Positions 1-8,681 of a stretch of 64,000 nucleotides of DNA are shown here, piece by piece. The notes below the pieces were generated by a model. The model did not search any database. It was not told where the DNA came from and was given only the letters and a program-made list of their open reading frames with translations. The position numbers and the translations under genes are program-made. The stretch comes from an uncultured Clostridia bacterium (lineage in GTDB: Bacteria > Bacillota > Clostridia > Christensenellales > UBA1242), in the NCBI GenBank assembly GCA_944377365.1, contig CALWEQ010000008.1:1480-65479 (forward strand), in the 5' to 3' direction. Each line of letters opens with the position of its first letter. Position 1 is the stretch's first letter.

Positions 1-552
1 ATAAGGTTTTTTGCAACTATAATCATTTCCAATTGGAAAACCTAACGATTTAATAATATTGGATAAAATTTCAAACTTTTCTTCGTCTGTTTTATTTTTT
101 ATGGAATTAAATTCTTCGATTTCAATAAAAGTTCCGAGTTCTTTAACATATTGAACATTAATAACAACTTCACCTTTTCCGTATTCATAATTTTGATTTA
201 TATAGTCACACCAACAAAATAGCCCAGAATTTTCAAATATGGTTTTTGCTTTTTCCACACTATCAATTTCAACTTTCGTTTTAATTTCTTTAATAACATT
301 TCCGTTATTATCTAATGTTTTGCTTTTATAAACCAAATTTTTTAAATCTAAATTTTTACTAATAATATTTCTTATAATTATTGTTCTATCCAACAATTCT
401 TTGTACGTAATTTTTTTTAATTCTTCATTTTTATAAGTTGAGAAATATATATCATGATTATTATAGCTTTCCAAAAAACTGAAACCATTTTCAATTACAT
501 ATTTCTTAACTTCTTCTAATTCCTTAAAAACTTGCACACAAATTTCTGTCAT
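1..552 (-). CDS. CYTH-like (adenylate cyclase/triphosphatase) domain protein, runs off the left edge
   Basis: Not in the ORF track; my translation from ATG at 552 is MTEICVQVFKELEEVKKYV...NHDIYFS...LVYKSK...EIKTKV...LGTFIEIEE...DYSCKKPY, the CYTH-type pattern (N-terminal E, DxYF, YK, G.FIEIE). Confidence 0.65.
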   Translation of the reverse strand, partial: MTEICVQVFKELEEVKKYVIENGFSFLESYNNHDIYFSTYKNEELKKITYKELLDRTIIIRNIISKNLDLKNLVYKSKTLDNNGNVIKEIKTKVEIDSVEKAKTIFENSGLFCWCDYINQNYEYGKGEVVINVQYVKELGTFIEIEEFNSIKNKTDEEKFEILSNIIKSLGFPIGNDYSCKKPY

Positions 553-865
553 ATTAATCCTTTTATTTTTATTTATTCTATAAATGATTATATAATATGA
601 CCATATAAAAATACAACAAAAATAATTTGTTTTCAAAAATTTTATATTTTTTTGAAATACAAATATGAAATTCAAATATAGGAATAGTTAAAACTATTTC
701 CGAAACTTTAGGAAACAAAAATTCTATGATAACTCTGCAAAGATACACACATTCTCTTATGTCTTATAAAACAGATATGAAATAAAATTTGGAAAATTTT
801 TATGTGTTGTGTAAAACTTTTTAGACGTTTAAACTATTAGAGAATGCTATTTAACTTTAAAAAAA

Positions 866-940
866 TGGTGCTCCCGTCAGGATTCGAACCCGAACTAATG
901 GTTCCGAAGACCATTGTGCTGTCCATTACACCACGAGAGC
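866..940 (-). tRNA. tRNA-Arg, anticodon UCG
   Basis: Minus strand reads GCTCTCG TGGTGTAATGGACAGCAC A ATGGT CTTCGGA ACCAT TAGTT CGGG TTCGAAT CCTG ACGGGAGC A CCA: cloverleaf, TTCGAAT T-loop, encoded CCA. Confidence 0.95.
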
Positions 941-985
941 ATATAGGAAATTGAATTATTAATGAAATTGTTTTTTTAGGAGTGA

Positions 986-1100
986 GGAACCATTAGTGGG
1001 GTCCCCGAAAAAGAGGTTTTTTTGGGGGTAGCGCAGACTTTGTGCTTGAGTTCGCCGATTTGCGACAGCAAATCAAGTTGTAAGCACAAGTAGTCGAGCA
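986..1100. other. GC-richer structured insert between the tRNA-Arg 5'-half copy and the intact tRNA
   Basis: Hairpins ccccgaaaaa/ttttttgggg, ttgtgctt/aagcacaa and gatttgc-gaca-gcaaatc; begins with ggaaccattagt, an inverted copy of tRNA anticodon-arm/variable-loop sequence. Confidence 0.6.
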
Positions 1101-1140
1101 GGTTCCGAAGACCATTGTGCTGTCCATTACACCACGAGAG
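1101..1140 (-). repeat. Exact 40-bp direct copy of the 5' half of tRNA-Arg (copy of 900-939)
   Basis: ggttccgaagaccattgtgctgtccattacaccacgagag occurs at both 900-939 and 1101-1140. Confidence 0.95.
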
Positions 1141-1227
1141 AATTAGGGGTAATGTTTGTTTTAGGTTTCTCTAAAATAAAATTCCATTTTAATCTTTAAA
1201 ATTTGATGTAATTTTATTGACAAAGAG

Positions 1228-1256
1228 TATTATAAATCAAAATGCAAAATAATTCA
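1228..1256 (-). promoter_or_regulatory. Putative sigma-A promoter for the tRNA-Arg precursor
   Basis: Minus strand TTGAAT-17 bp-TATAAT. Confidence 0.5.
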
Positions 1257-1400
1257 AGCAAATGCGTGGCATAAAAGTAGTGGGAAACAAATTACTTTGG
1301 CCTACACTCATGATATTGTCATGAAGATATGTTGTATATTTTCTGAAAAATATATAGAAATGTTTTTATAAACATACTTTTTGTGTTAAAATATTAAAAA

Positions 1401-3398
1401 ATGGGGGATATGATGAAAAAAACAATTCAAAGATTGTTAGTGCTAACGGTCCTTTTTGCTGTTTTAGGGTATGCAGCAGGAATATTGCTGGGATTTTTAT
1501 TGAATTCGTTTGAATTTTCTACTGCATTGATTTCTGACAAAGTAAGTTTAATTTGTTTAGGCGCAGGTGCGTTGGGCGGAATCATTTACGCCTTGGCAAA
1601 ACCAGCCAAAAAGGATAGTGGTAGTGCAAAAAAAGGTAAGACTGCAGGCGGGCAGGAATATGAGCTTCACTTCGATGCTGGTTTTATGACAAGGGAGCAA
1701 ATCTTACAGGATAAATTTATTATCAATTCAACTTGGAGTACATTACCAGCTTTAAAGAACACCGGGATGGTTTTTAGAAGCGAAATGGTTGGTTCGAAAT
1801 ATGAAATAAGTATGCAAGATGGTACGCACGCTCTTATAGTGGGGACAACAGGAACAGGTAAAACATCTTTTGTGTTGGAACCAACAATAAGGATTTTGGC
1901 GAGGACGGCCGAGAAACCTTCTTTGGTTATTGCCGATCCAAAAGGTGAACTTTATGAAAACAACGCCATTGCTTTGCAAAAAGAAGGATATGATGTTCAA
2001 GTTTATGATCTAGACAATCCTTATGTTTCTTCTCGCTGGAACCCTATGGAAAAGCCATTTGACACTTATAACAAAGCTATGAATTTGCAGTCTCAAGCGA
2101 AAGTGTATAGGAATTGCACTCCTTTGCAGGCAGGTAAAACAGCTTTGCCAAATGTGCAATATGGTGATGTTTGGTATGAATTTGATGGATATGCTTTCCC
2201 AAATGAACAAATGTTAAATCAACAAATAGACACAAAGAAACAACAGTTAATTAATGATGCTACGTTTGAGTTAAAGGGAATTTGTTCGTCGATATGTCCT
2301 GTTTCAACTGGGACAAATGACACGATTTGGGAACAAGGCGCACAAGACTTTTTGTATGGAATTATGCTTGCTATGCTTGAAGATAGCGTTGATTCAAGAT
2401 TAGGTGCTAATAAGCTTCGAAAAGACCAGTTCAATTTTTACAATTTATACAAAATTGCCAACAACAAAGACCCAAATGACGTAAATGACCCATATAATCC
2501 ATTGAAAAAATATTGCACTGGTAGAGCAAAGACCTCAGATGTCGGAACGATGACTTTGCCGGTTGTCAATTCGGCGCCAAGCACGACAAAATCGTATATG
2601 TCGGTTTTATCAGGGAAAATTAACAGTTTGATGAGTGATATGGGTATATGTTATGCTACATCTGCATGCGATATAAAATTTCATGAGTTTATAGATAAAC
2701 CAACTGCATTTTTTATAAAGACACCGGATCACAAAAAAGAAAGGCATCCACTTGCTACGATATGTATTGGGCAACTTTATAGGGCACTAGTTGACATAGC
2801 AAATAGTTATCCAAACAGAAAATTGCCAAGGCACGTCTATATGCTACTTGACGAGTTTGGAAATCTTCCTGTCATTCCAGATTTTGCAACAATGGTAACA
2901 GTCGCGAGATCAAGAAACATTATATTTGAAATTGTGTTACAGTCGTTTACCCAGTTGGACACTAAATATGGTCGTGAAGTTGCGGAAACGCTTAAAAGTA
3001 ACTTTAACATTCAAATATATTTGGGAACTGAAGATCCTGCAACGAGAGAAGCTTTTTCAAAAAGCTGTGGCGAGGTGCAATTGACCGTTTCAGAGGAGTC
3101 TACAACTGAAAACAAGGGAAAGGAAGGTGGCAAGTCTGTTTCTAAATCCAATCAAAGAGTAACACGACCACTAATAGACCCATATGAATTGTCACTTTTA
3201 CCATTTGGGACGGGGATAGTCAAGTTGTTTAGAAAAAATCCGTTAAAAGTCAAGCCTCTTCCAAGCTTTAAGGCGTCGTTTATGACAAAGTATCCTGCGC
3301 CACCAACAGCTTCGATAGGGAATTCATTAGACGAGAGTAAAGTCTTTTACGACATTGACAAACGCAATTCTATAATTTCTGGCGGAAGAATGTGGTAA
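1401..3398 (+). CDS. virD4: VirD4/TraG-family type IV coupling protein (start possibly 1410 or 1413)
   Basis: Two N-terminal TM helices, Walker A GTTGTGKT, VIADPKGEL, RWNP, Walker B LLDEFGNLP, ARSRNI, LQSFTQL..KYG, RPLI.P.EL; all typical of T4CPs. Confidence 0.9.
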   Translation: MGDMMKKTIQRLLVLTVLFAVLGYAAGILLGFLLNSFEFSTALISDKVSLICLGAGALGGIIYALAKPAKKDSGSAKKGKTAGGQEYELHFDAGFMTREQILQDKFIINSTWSTLPALKNTGMVFRSEMVGSKYEISMQDGTHALIVGTTGTGKTSFVLEPTIRILARTAEKPSLVIADPKGELYENNAIALQKEGYDVQVYDLDNPYVSSRWNPMEKPFDTYNKAMNLQSQAKVYRNCTPLQAGKTALPNVQYGDVWYEFDGYAFPNEQMLNQQIDTKKQQLINDATFELKGICSSICPVSTGTNDTIWEQGAQDFLYGIMLAMLEDSVDSRLGANKLRKDQFNFYNLYKIANNKDPNDVNDPYNPLKKYCTGRAKTSDVGTMTLPVVNSAPSTTKSYMSVLSGKINSLMSDMGICYATSACDIKFHEFIDKPTAFFIKTPDHKKERHPLATICIGQLYRALVDIANSYPNRKLPRHVYMLLDEFGNLPVIPDFATMVTVARSRNIIFEIVLQSFTQLDTKYGREVAETLKSNFNIQIYLGTEDPATREAFSKSCGEVQLTVSEESTTENKGKEGGKSVSKSNQRVTRPLIDPYELSLLPFGTGIVKLFRKNPLKVKPLPSFKASFMTKYPAPPTASIGNSLDESKVFYDIDKRNSIISGGRMW

Positions 3399-3410
3399 AC
3401 CATATTTTAT

Positions 3411-3438
3411 AAAGCGCTCAAAGTTTGGGCGCTTTTTT
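3411..3438 (+). terminator. Rho-independent terminator after virD4
   Basis: aaagcgctca-aagt-ttgggcgc followed by a T run. Confidence 0.75.
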
Positions 3439-3494
3439 GTTTTATGTAACACTATTGTCATAATTTTCATACAAAATGTCGAGGTGTGAGTTTT

Positions 3495-3962
3495 ATGAAT
3501 TATGATGATTTTGCATGTTTAAAGCCAGATGAGTATGAAGTGCTAGCAAAAGCATATTCAAATTCTTTGAAAGAAAAGGGCTTTATTTTTGTCAGACTTG
3601 ACACTGAGGGCACAGAGGTGCTTATAGACGAAGTGTTTGATTTAATGTTTAAATTAAGGTCCTCCTATCGTTTGCTAGGAAGATTTATGGGGGCAGATAA
3701 ATTTTATGCACTAAATGAAGAACAGCTTTCGCTGTTGAGAGAAAAATTTGATTACAAACAAAACAGAGGTTTCCAAATTCGATGGAATAGGACAAAATGT
3801 TTTTTAAACTCTGTTAGTTTGGAAAATCGTCTTTTAATTAAAATGTTTCTACTTGCCCAAAAAAGCGATGAGTTTGAATTTCTTGTCGGCTTGATATTTC
3901 AAAGAATGAGATTGTCAGCTGATTTATACGATGTCGGTGATGTGATGAGTGTGCAACTATAA
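3495..3962 (+). CDS. Hypothetical protein, possibly sporulation-regulated
   Basis: GAGGTG RBS 8 nt before ATG 3495 (track start is GTG 3486); upstream CATACAAA resembles a sigma-E/K -10. Confidence 0.55.
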   Translation: MNYDDFACLKPDEYEVLAKAYSNSLKEKGFIFVRLDTEGTEVLIDEVFDLMFKLRSSYRLLGRFMGADKFYALNEEQLSLLREKFDYKQNRGFQIRWNRTKCFLNSVSLENRLLIKMFLLAQKSDEFEFLVGLIFQRMRLSADLYDVGDVMSVQL

Positions 3963-3963
3963 A

Positions 3964-4530
3964 TTAAGCAAGTAAATACTCCAATATTTTTGGCATTGAA
4001 TTGTCAAGGGCGCGTTTGTAACTTCTAAGTTTTTCGGGCGTGTATTTTACTTCCTTGTTTGGAGTTTCAACAAGTTTTTTTGGCGTTATTTGAAGTTCAT
4101 CGACAATTCCTTCACAGAGTAAATTTCCGAGTACGAAAACATAATTTTCTTGATCAATTTTATTTTTATCAATGATTTGTTGCAATTTTTCGCTGTTGGC
4201 GATATCTTGAAAAGCATAATTCAAAAAGAATTGTAATTTTTCAATAGTGAATTCATTTCCGTTTGCGGCAGCAAGTATCGCCCATTGCATATAAAGGTCA
4301 AAGTTTTCTGGTAAAAACCCTTTGACTCCGTTTTTATAATAATAACTCATGACATCTTGAGCTATTGCGTTTCCTTCCATAGCAAGAGAACCAACTTCAG
4401 AAAACATATCTAAAAATGATTTTTTATATAAATGTGGGTTTTCTATGCAGTCGTTCATTATTTTTCTTAATTCAGTGAAGCCTTTAAAGGCGTCATTTTT
4501 TTTAATGAAATTTTCCTGTTCCAAAGCCAA
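3964..4530 (-). CDS. Hypothetical protein with one Sel1-like repeat
   Basis: AMEGNAIAQDVMSYYYKNGV..LPENFDLYMQWAILAAANGN matches the SEL1 pattern; AAGGAG RBS before a TTG start. Confidence 0.65.
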   Translation of the reverse strand: MALEQENFIKKNDAFKGFTELRKIMNDCIENPHLYKKSFLDMFSEVGSLAMEGNAIAQDVMSYYYKNGVKGFLPENFDLYMQWAILAAANGNEFTIEKLQFFLNYAFQDIANSEKLQQIIDKNKIDQENYVFVLGNLLCEGIVDELQITPKKLVETPNKEVKYTPEKLRSYKRALDNSMPKILEYLLA

Positions 4531-4547
4531 TCTCCTTTACAAGAAGA

Positions 4548-5282
4548 TTATACCACACTTTTTTTTGATTTTGAAATGTTTTTAGTCTTTTTTTGTAAAG
4601 AAGCGACCGAGCTATTGTAAGCTCCTACTAAATATACTTGAAATAGTGGTGCTGCCGCCACAACAAACGTCACTGCCACAGGAAGTATAATTAAAAGGGC
4701 GGTAACAAATCTTGGTACTTTAAATATTAGGCATAATAAAAAGTTTATACCAATACCAACGGAAGAGGCTGCACAAAGCATAACAATTCCTATCAAAGCG
4801 ACAAGCAGAATCATTGTTCTATGACCATGAACTAATGATTTTGACTGAGCAAAGATCTCTTTTATGGAAAGGTTTGAATTATCTATATAAACCAATCCAC
4901 AAAATGCACAATTGAGTCCGTATATGATGCCAGGCACAATTAAAAGTAAACCCCACAAGAACATTCCAGAAATCGCTATGATTTTTATGCATAGTATTTT
5001 TATTGTTTGATTAAATGGTGAAAAAAGTGAGTCATAGTCAACGTTTTCTCCTCTGTATGATTTCAAAACAAATCTATATAATCCAATTTGCATATAAGCC
5101 ATAATGATGAAACCTAATGCAAGGCTTAAAACCGGAATAAAAAGTCCTAAACCAGTAAAGACTATTGCGAGCATATTTGCTAAAACAAATTCGAACCAAT
5201 GCCCTTTTGTTTTTTGTTTTATATGAAATTCATCTATTTTAGTCAACTCTTGTTTAATTTGCATAATTTTTCTCCTATGCAA
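4548..5282 (-). CDS. DUF975-like integral membrane protein (likely start ~5264)
   Basis: Several hydrophobic helices, 'LWGLLLIVPGII', 'SKSLVHGHR'. Confidence 0.6.
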   Translation of the reverse strand: MHRRKIMQIKQELTKIDEFHIKQKTKGHWFEFVLANMLAIVFTGLGLFIPVLSLALGFIIMAYMQIGLYRFVLKSYRGENVDYDSLFSPFNQTIKILCIKIIAISGMFLWGLLLIVPGIIYGLNCAFCGLVYIDNSNLSIKEIFAQSKSLVHGHRTMILLVALIGIVMLCAASSVGIGINFLLCLIFKVPRFVTALLIILPVAVTFVVAAAPLFQVYLVGAYNSSVASLQKKTKNISKSKKSVV

Positions 5283-5339
5283 ATATTTTGAGTAAAAAAA
5301 ATGCTTTTATTCTAAAAAAAACCTTCGCTGTTGCAAAGG

Positions 5340-5963
5340 TTAAATTCTCTTTTCAAAATAAATTTTAAATTTGACATTTTTGTATTTTTTTGTAAGGCTG
5401 TAAAGTTGATTTTCGTCAAAATGCTCTGGCATCATGTATTTAAGGTTAGTGTCAATATCAGCATATTCAGTTGTGAGTATAAATTCGTTTGGCAGATCAT
5501 TTTTAAAATCGTTTGGATCAATTTCATTGTCTAATGTCACGTACAAATAAGGTTGAAAATTATGCTTTTTAAAAAAACTTAACGAAGTTTCTGTGCCTTT
5601 TGTAATTAGTCTAAAATAATTTTTTTTGCGTGCATTTTTTTCAATTTCTTTTAAAAGTTTGGTCGCTATACCTGCACCCCTATATTCATGTTTAACTGCT
5701 AGCACGGGCATAGCCAACACACCCTTTTTATTGTTTAATGGCTGACATATAACGCATCCAACAGGCTGATCATTTACGACTGCTAAAAGTTGGAGTTTGC
5801 TGTTATGTTGCATATTCTCGATCATGGCTTGATAAATTTCAGAAAGTGGCAAAAATGCCAAAACTTCAGTTTGAGTTGTTTTAAGAAAATTAGATTTAAA
5901 AAAGTTGAAAGTTGTATGAACTTCTACTAAATCTTTTACGCAAATAATTTTTAACGATTGCAT
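5340..5963 (-). CDS. GNAT family N-acetyltransferase
   Basis: Motif A LAVKHEYRGAGIATKLL and 'SFFKKHNF'; GAGG RBS. Confidence 0.85.
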   Translation of the reverse strand: MQSLKIICVKDLVEVHTTFNFFKSNFLKTTQTEVLAFLPLSEIYQAMIENMQHNSKLQLLAVVNDQPVGCVICQPLNNKKGVLAMPVLAVKHEYRGAGIATKLLKEIEKNARKKNYFRLITKGTETSLSFFKKHNFQPYLYVTLDNEIDPNDFKNDLPNEFILTTEYADIDTNLKYMMPEHFDENQLYSLTKKYKNVKFKIYFEKRI

Positions 5964-6089
5964 ATTTTTCTCCTCATTTTTAGTATAGCTTATTTTAACA
6001 ATTTTTCCAACAAAAATATCTATTTAAATTTAAACTCATTCATCACGAAACAAATTTTAAATTCATAAAATTTTTTGTAAGGAGATTTT

Positions 6090-7844
6090 ATGTGCGGTAT
6101 AGTTGGTGTAGTTGGCAAAGATGTCAACGCGACTGAAATTTTTGACGGTCTTGAGAAATTGCAATATAGAGGTTATGATTCAGCGGGAATATGTGTTGAA
6201 AAAAACAAAAAATTTTACCTATACAAAGAAACAAGGATCATAGAAAATCTTAGGCAAATTTGCCCTAATAACCTGCGAGGCTCTGTTGCGATTGGTCACA
6301 CACGATGGGCAACGCATGGAAGGGTTAGCAAAGCAAACGCACATCCTATTTTAAGCGCGAATGGATGTTGGGCGGTCGTACATAATGGAATAATTGAAAA
6401 TTATGCCGAACTTAAAAAAAAGTTCAGCGATTCAGAAAAATTTCAGACAGAAACAGACACTGAAATTGTTGTTAAAATGCTTGAGAAGAGTGAAAGTGAA
6501 AACGATTTTGAAAATTTTATTTTAGCGACTAAACAATTAAAAGGCAGTTTTGCCTTGTGTGTGATGAAAAAGGGCAGAAGCTCATTGTTTTTGGCTAAAA
6601 ACAAAAGCCCTCTTTATGTGCAAATTAGAGAAAACGAAACAATAGTTGCAAGTGACCCTGTGTGTTTTGAGAGCGGAAAATATTTTAGAATGGAAGACGG
6701 TGAATATGCTGAAGCGACAATAAATGGGGTTAAATTTTACGATGATAAGGGAAAAATCGTTGTTAAAAAACCTTTTGGAGATTTTAAGAGCGAGTCTTCA
6801 ACTTCTAAAAACGGTTTTGAGCATTTTATGTTAAAAGAAATTTATGAAACGCCCAAGGTGATAAAAAATTTATGTGAATGTTATCAAAAGCTTAATTGGG
6901 ATTATTTAAAAAAATGGTGGATAAGCAAAGTTAAATTAATAGGTTGTGGTTCGGCATATCATTCTTGCCTTGTTGGAGCTCAATATTTTAAAAAACATTT
7001 AAACATTGACGCAGAAGCTGTTACGGCAAGTGAGTTTCTTTATAATAAAGAAATATTAGACTGTTCAACACTTTGCATTTTTGTTAGCCAAAGCGGAGAA
7101 ACTGCAGACACAATATCCGCGTTAAAAAAAGCTTTTAAAAAAACCAAAAAAATTATATCACTTACAAATGTCCAGTATTCAACGCTTGCGACGCTTTCGC
7201 CAAACACCTTGCCAATCTGTGCAGGGACTGAGATTGCGGTTGCCTCTACAAAAGCTTACACTTGCCAAATCATAGCATTATATTTGTTGGTCATGCAAAT
7301 CAAGTCTGAATTAAACAAAGGCATAAAACACGTCTTAAAAGTGTCGAATAAATTAAAAAAATTCTTTGTTGACGTTTCAAAATTAGCCGACAACATTAAG
7401 GACCAGACAGATGTTTTCTTCATAGGAAGAAATCTTGATTATATTACAGCTCTCGAGGGTGCTTTGAAACTTAAGGAAATAAGTTACATCAATTGCAACG
7501 CTTTCCCAGCAGGTGAGTTAAAACATGGAGTTTTGGCTTTAATTCAAAAGGGCACTCCTGTCATTGTCTTAGCTTCAAATAAAAACTTAATTCAAAAAAC
7601 ATTAAACAATGCTTTTGAAGCAAAATCTCGTGGTGCAAAAATATTTCTTTTTGCTTCTCAAATTCCAAAAGAAATAGACTTAAATAGGTTTGACGGTTGT
7701 TTTGTTTTGCCAAAATCAACCGAGGATTTGACTTGTGTATTTGAAACCGTTGCGTTACAATTGCTAGCATATAACGTTAGCATAATGAAGGGGATAGATC
7801 CCGACAAGCCTAGAAATTTGGCAAAATCAGTGACGGTAGAATAA
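6090..7844 (+). CDS. glmS: Glutamine--fructose-6-phosphate aminotransferase
   Basis: MCGIVG N-terminus, RGYDSAG, HTRWATHG, HNGIIEN, SQSGET, ASTKAY, GELKHG, C-terminal PRNLAKSVTVE. Confidence 0.97.
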   Translation: MCGIVGVVGKDVNATEIFDGLEKLQYRGYDSAGICVEKNKKFYLYKETRIIENLRQICPNNLRGSVAIGHTRWATHGRVSKANAHPILSANGCWAVVHNGIIENYAELKKKFSDSEKFQTETDTEIVVKMLEKSESENDFENFILATKQLKGSFALCVMKKGRSSLFLAKNKSPLYVQIRENETIVASDPVCFESGKYFRMEDGEYAEATINGVKFYDDKGKIVVKKPFGDFKSESSTSKNGFEHFMLKEIYETPKVIKNLCECYQKLNWDYLKKWWISKVKLIGCGSAYHSCLVGAQYFKKHLNIDAEAVTASEFLYNKEILDCSTLCIFVSQSGETADTISALKKAFKKTKKIISLTNVQYSTLATLSPNTLPICAGTEIAVASTKAYTCQIIALYLLVMQIKSELNKGIKHVLKVSNKLKKFFVDVSKLADNIKDQTDVFFIGRNLDYITALEGALKLKEISYINCNAFPAGELKHGVLALIQKGTPVIVLASNKNLIQKTLNNAFEAKSRGAKIFLFASQIPKEIDLNRFDGCFVLPKSTEDLTCVFETVALQLLAYNVSIMKGIDPDKPRNLAKSVTVE

Positions 7845-7865
7845 AAATACGCATACATATTATTC

Positions 7866-8681
7866 ATGATTAAATATTTTACTGTAAATGACGATTTTAA
7901 GTTTATTATCAAACAATTTTATCCAGATGTAAAAAATATCAAGCAGATTTCTACTGGTTGGACCAATTTTGTTTTTAAAGCAAAGATAAAAAGACGTTGG
8001 TGGGTTTTTCGTTTTCCAAGAAACAGTTTTTTTAGCAAAGTTCTTTACAAGGAAGCTGGCGTATGCGAATTTTTACATAAAGAAAAATTGAACGTGCTCG
8101 TCCCAAGATTAACAATTTTACACTATAAAAGCAAACCTTTTTCCATACACAAGATGATTAGCGGTGTCCCACTGACTGAGTGTAAACTAAAAGGTAAGCA
8201 AACAAAAAAAATTGCAAAAGAAATATGCTTGTTTATGAATTCAATTTGTAAAATTAAAGTTCCAATAAAACTACCGCTTGCAAGCACTTTTTTGAAAAAC
8301 CTGTCATTAGTTTCTGGTGAGGGGTACGATTTGCATAAGCATGATTTGTTAAAAAAAATGGAAAGACAAGAAAGTGTTTTTTCACATGGAGATTTAAATC
8401 CTGGCAATATTTTAATAAAAAGAGGAAAAGTTGTAGCAATTTTAGATTTCGCCTTTGCTTGTAAATCCTCTCCATTAAACGACCTGGCAAGGTTGCTAGA
8501 GAGAGTGCCAGAGCAACAAAAGCTGTTGTTTATAGAAGAATATGAAAAAATTTTTCGCACTAAAATCAATTTAAATGAATTAAGCATATTGATCTCAATG
8601 TGGCAATACGTTGAATTGCGATATATAGAATATATTAAGAAAAAACATCCTGATATACAACTTCCAAAATCATTTTCTTAG
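7866..8681 (+). CDS. APH/choline-kinase-like phosphotransferase
   Basis: GWTNFVF, VFRFP, Brenner motif HGDLNPGNIL, ILDF. Confidence 0.85.
   Translation: MIKYFTVNDDFKFIIKQFYPDVKNIKQISTGWTNFVFKAKIKRRWWVFRFPRNSFFSKVLYKEAGVCEFLHKEKLNVLVPRLTILHYKSKPFSIHKMISGVPLTECKLKGKQTKKIAKEICLFMNSICKIKVPIKLPLASTFLKNLSLVSGEGYDLHKHDLLKKMERQESVFSHGDLNPGNILIKRGKVVAILDFAFACKSSPLNDLARLLERVPEQQKLLFIEEYEKIFRTKINLNELSILISMWQYVELRYIEYIKKKHPDIQLPKSFS

Noticed and set aside
866-3398. Integrated ICE or prophage at tRNA-Arg bounded by att sites
   Set aside because: The duplicated tRNA segments are only ~200 bp apart and do not enclose virD4; no integrase, relaxase or phage genes were seen.
5964-6089. glmS ribozyme
   Set aside because: The region is too short and AT-rich, with no recognisable core or stems.
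7866-8681. Aminoglycoside resistance gene
   Set aside because: Only the general APH/choline-kinase fold motifs are visible; no specific resemblance to a known aph gene and no mobile context.
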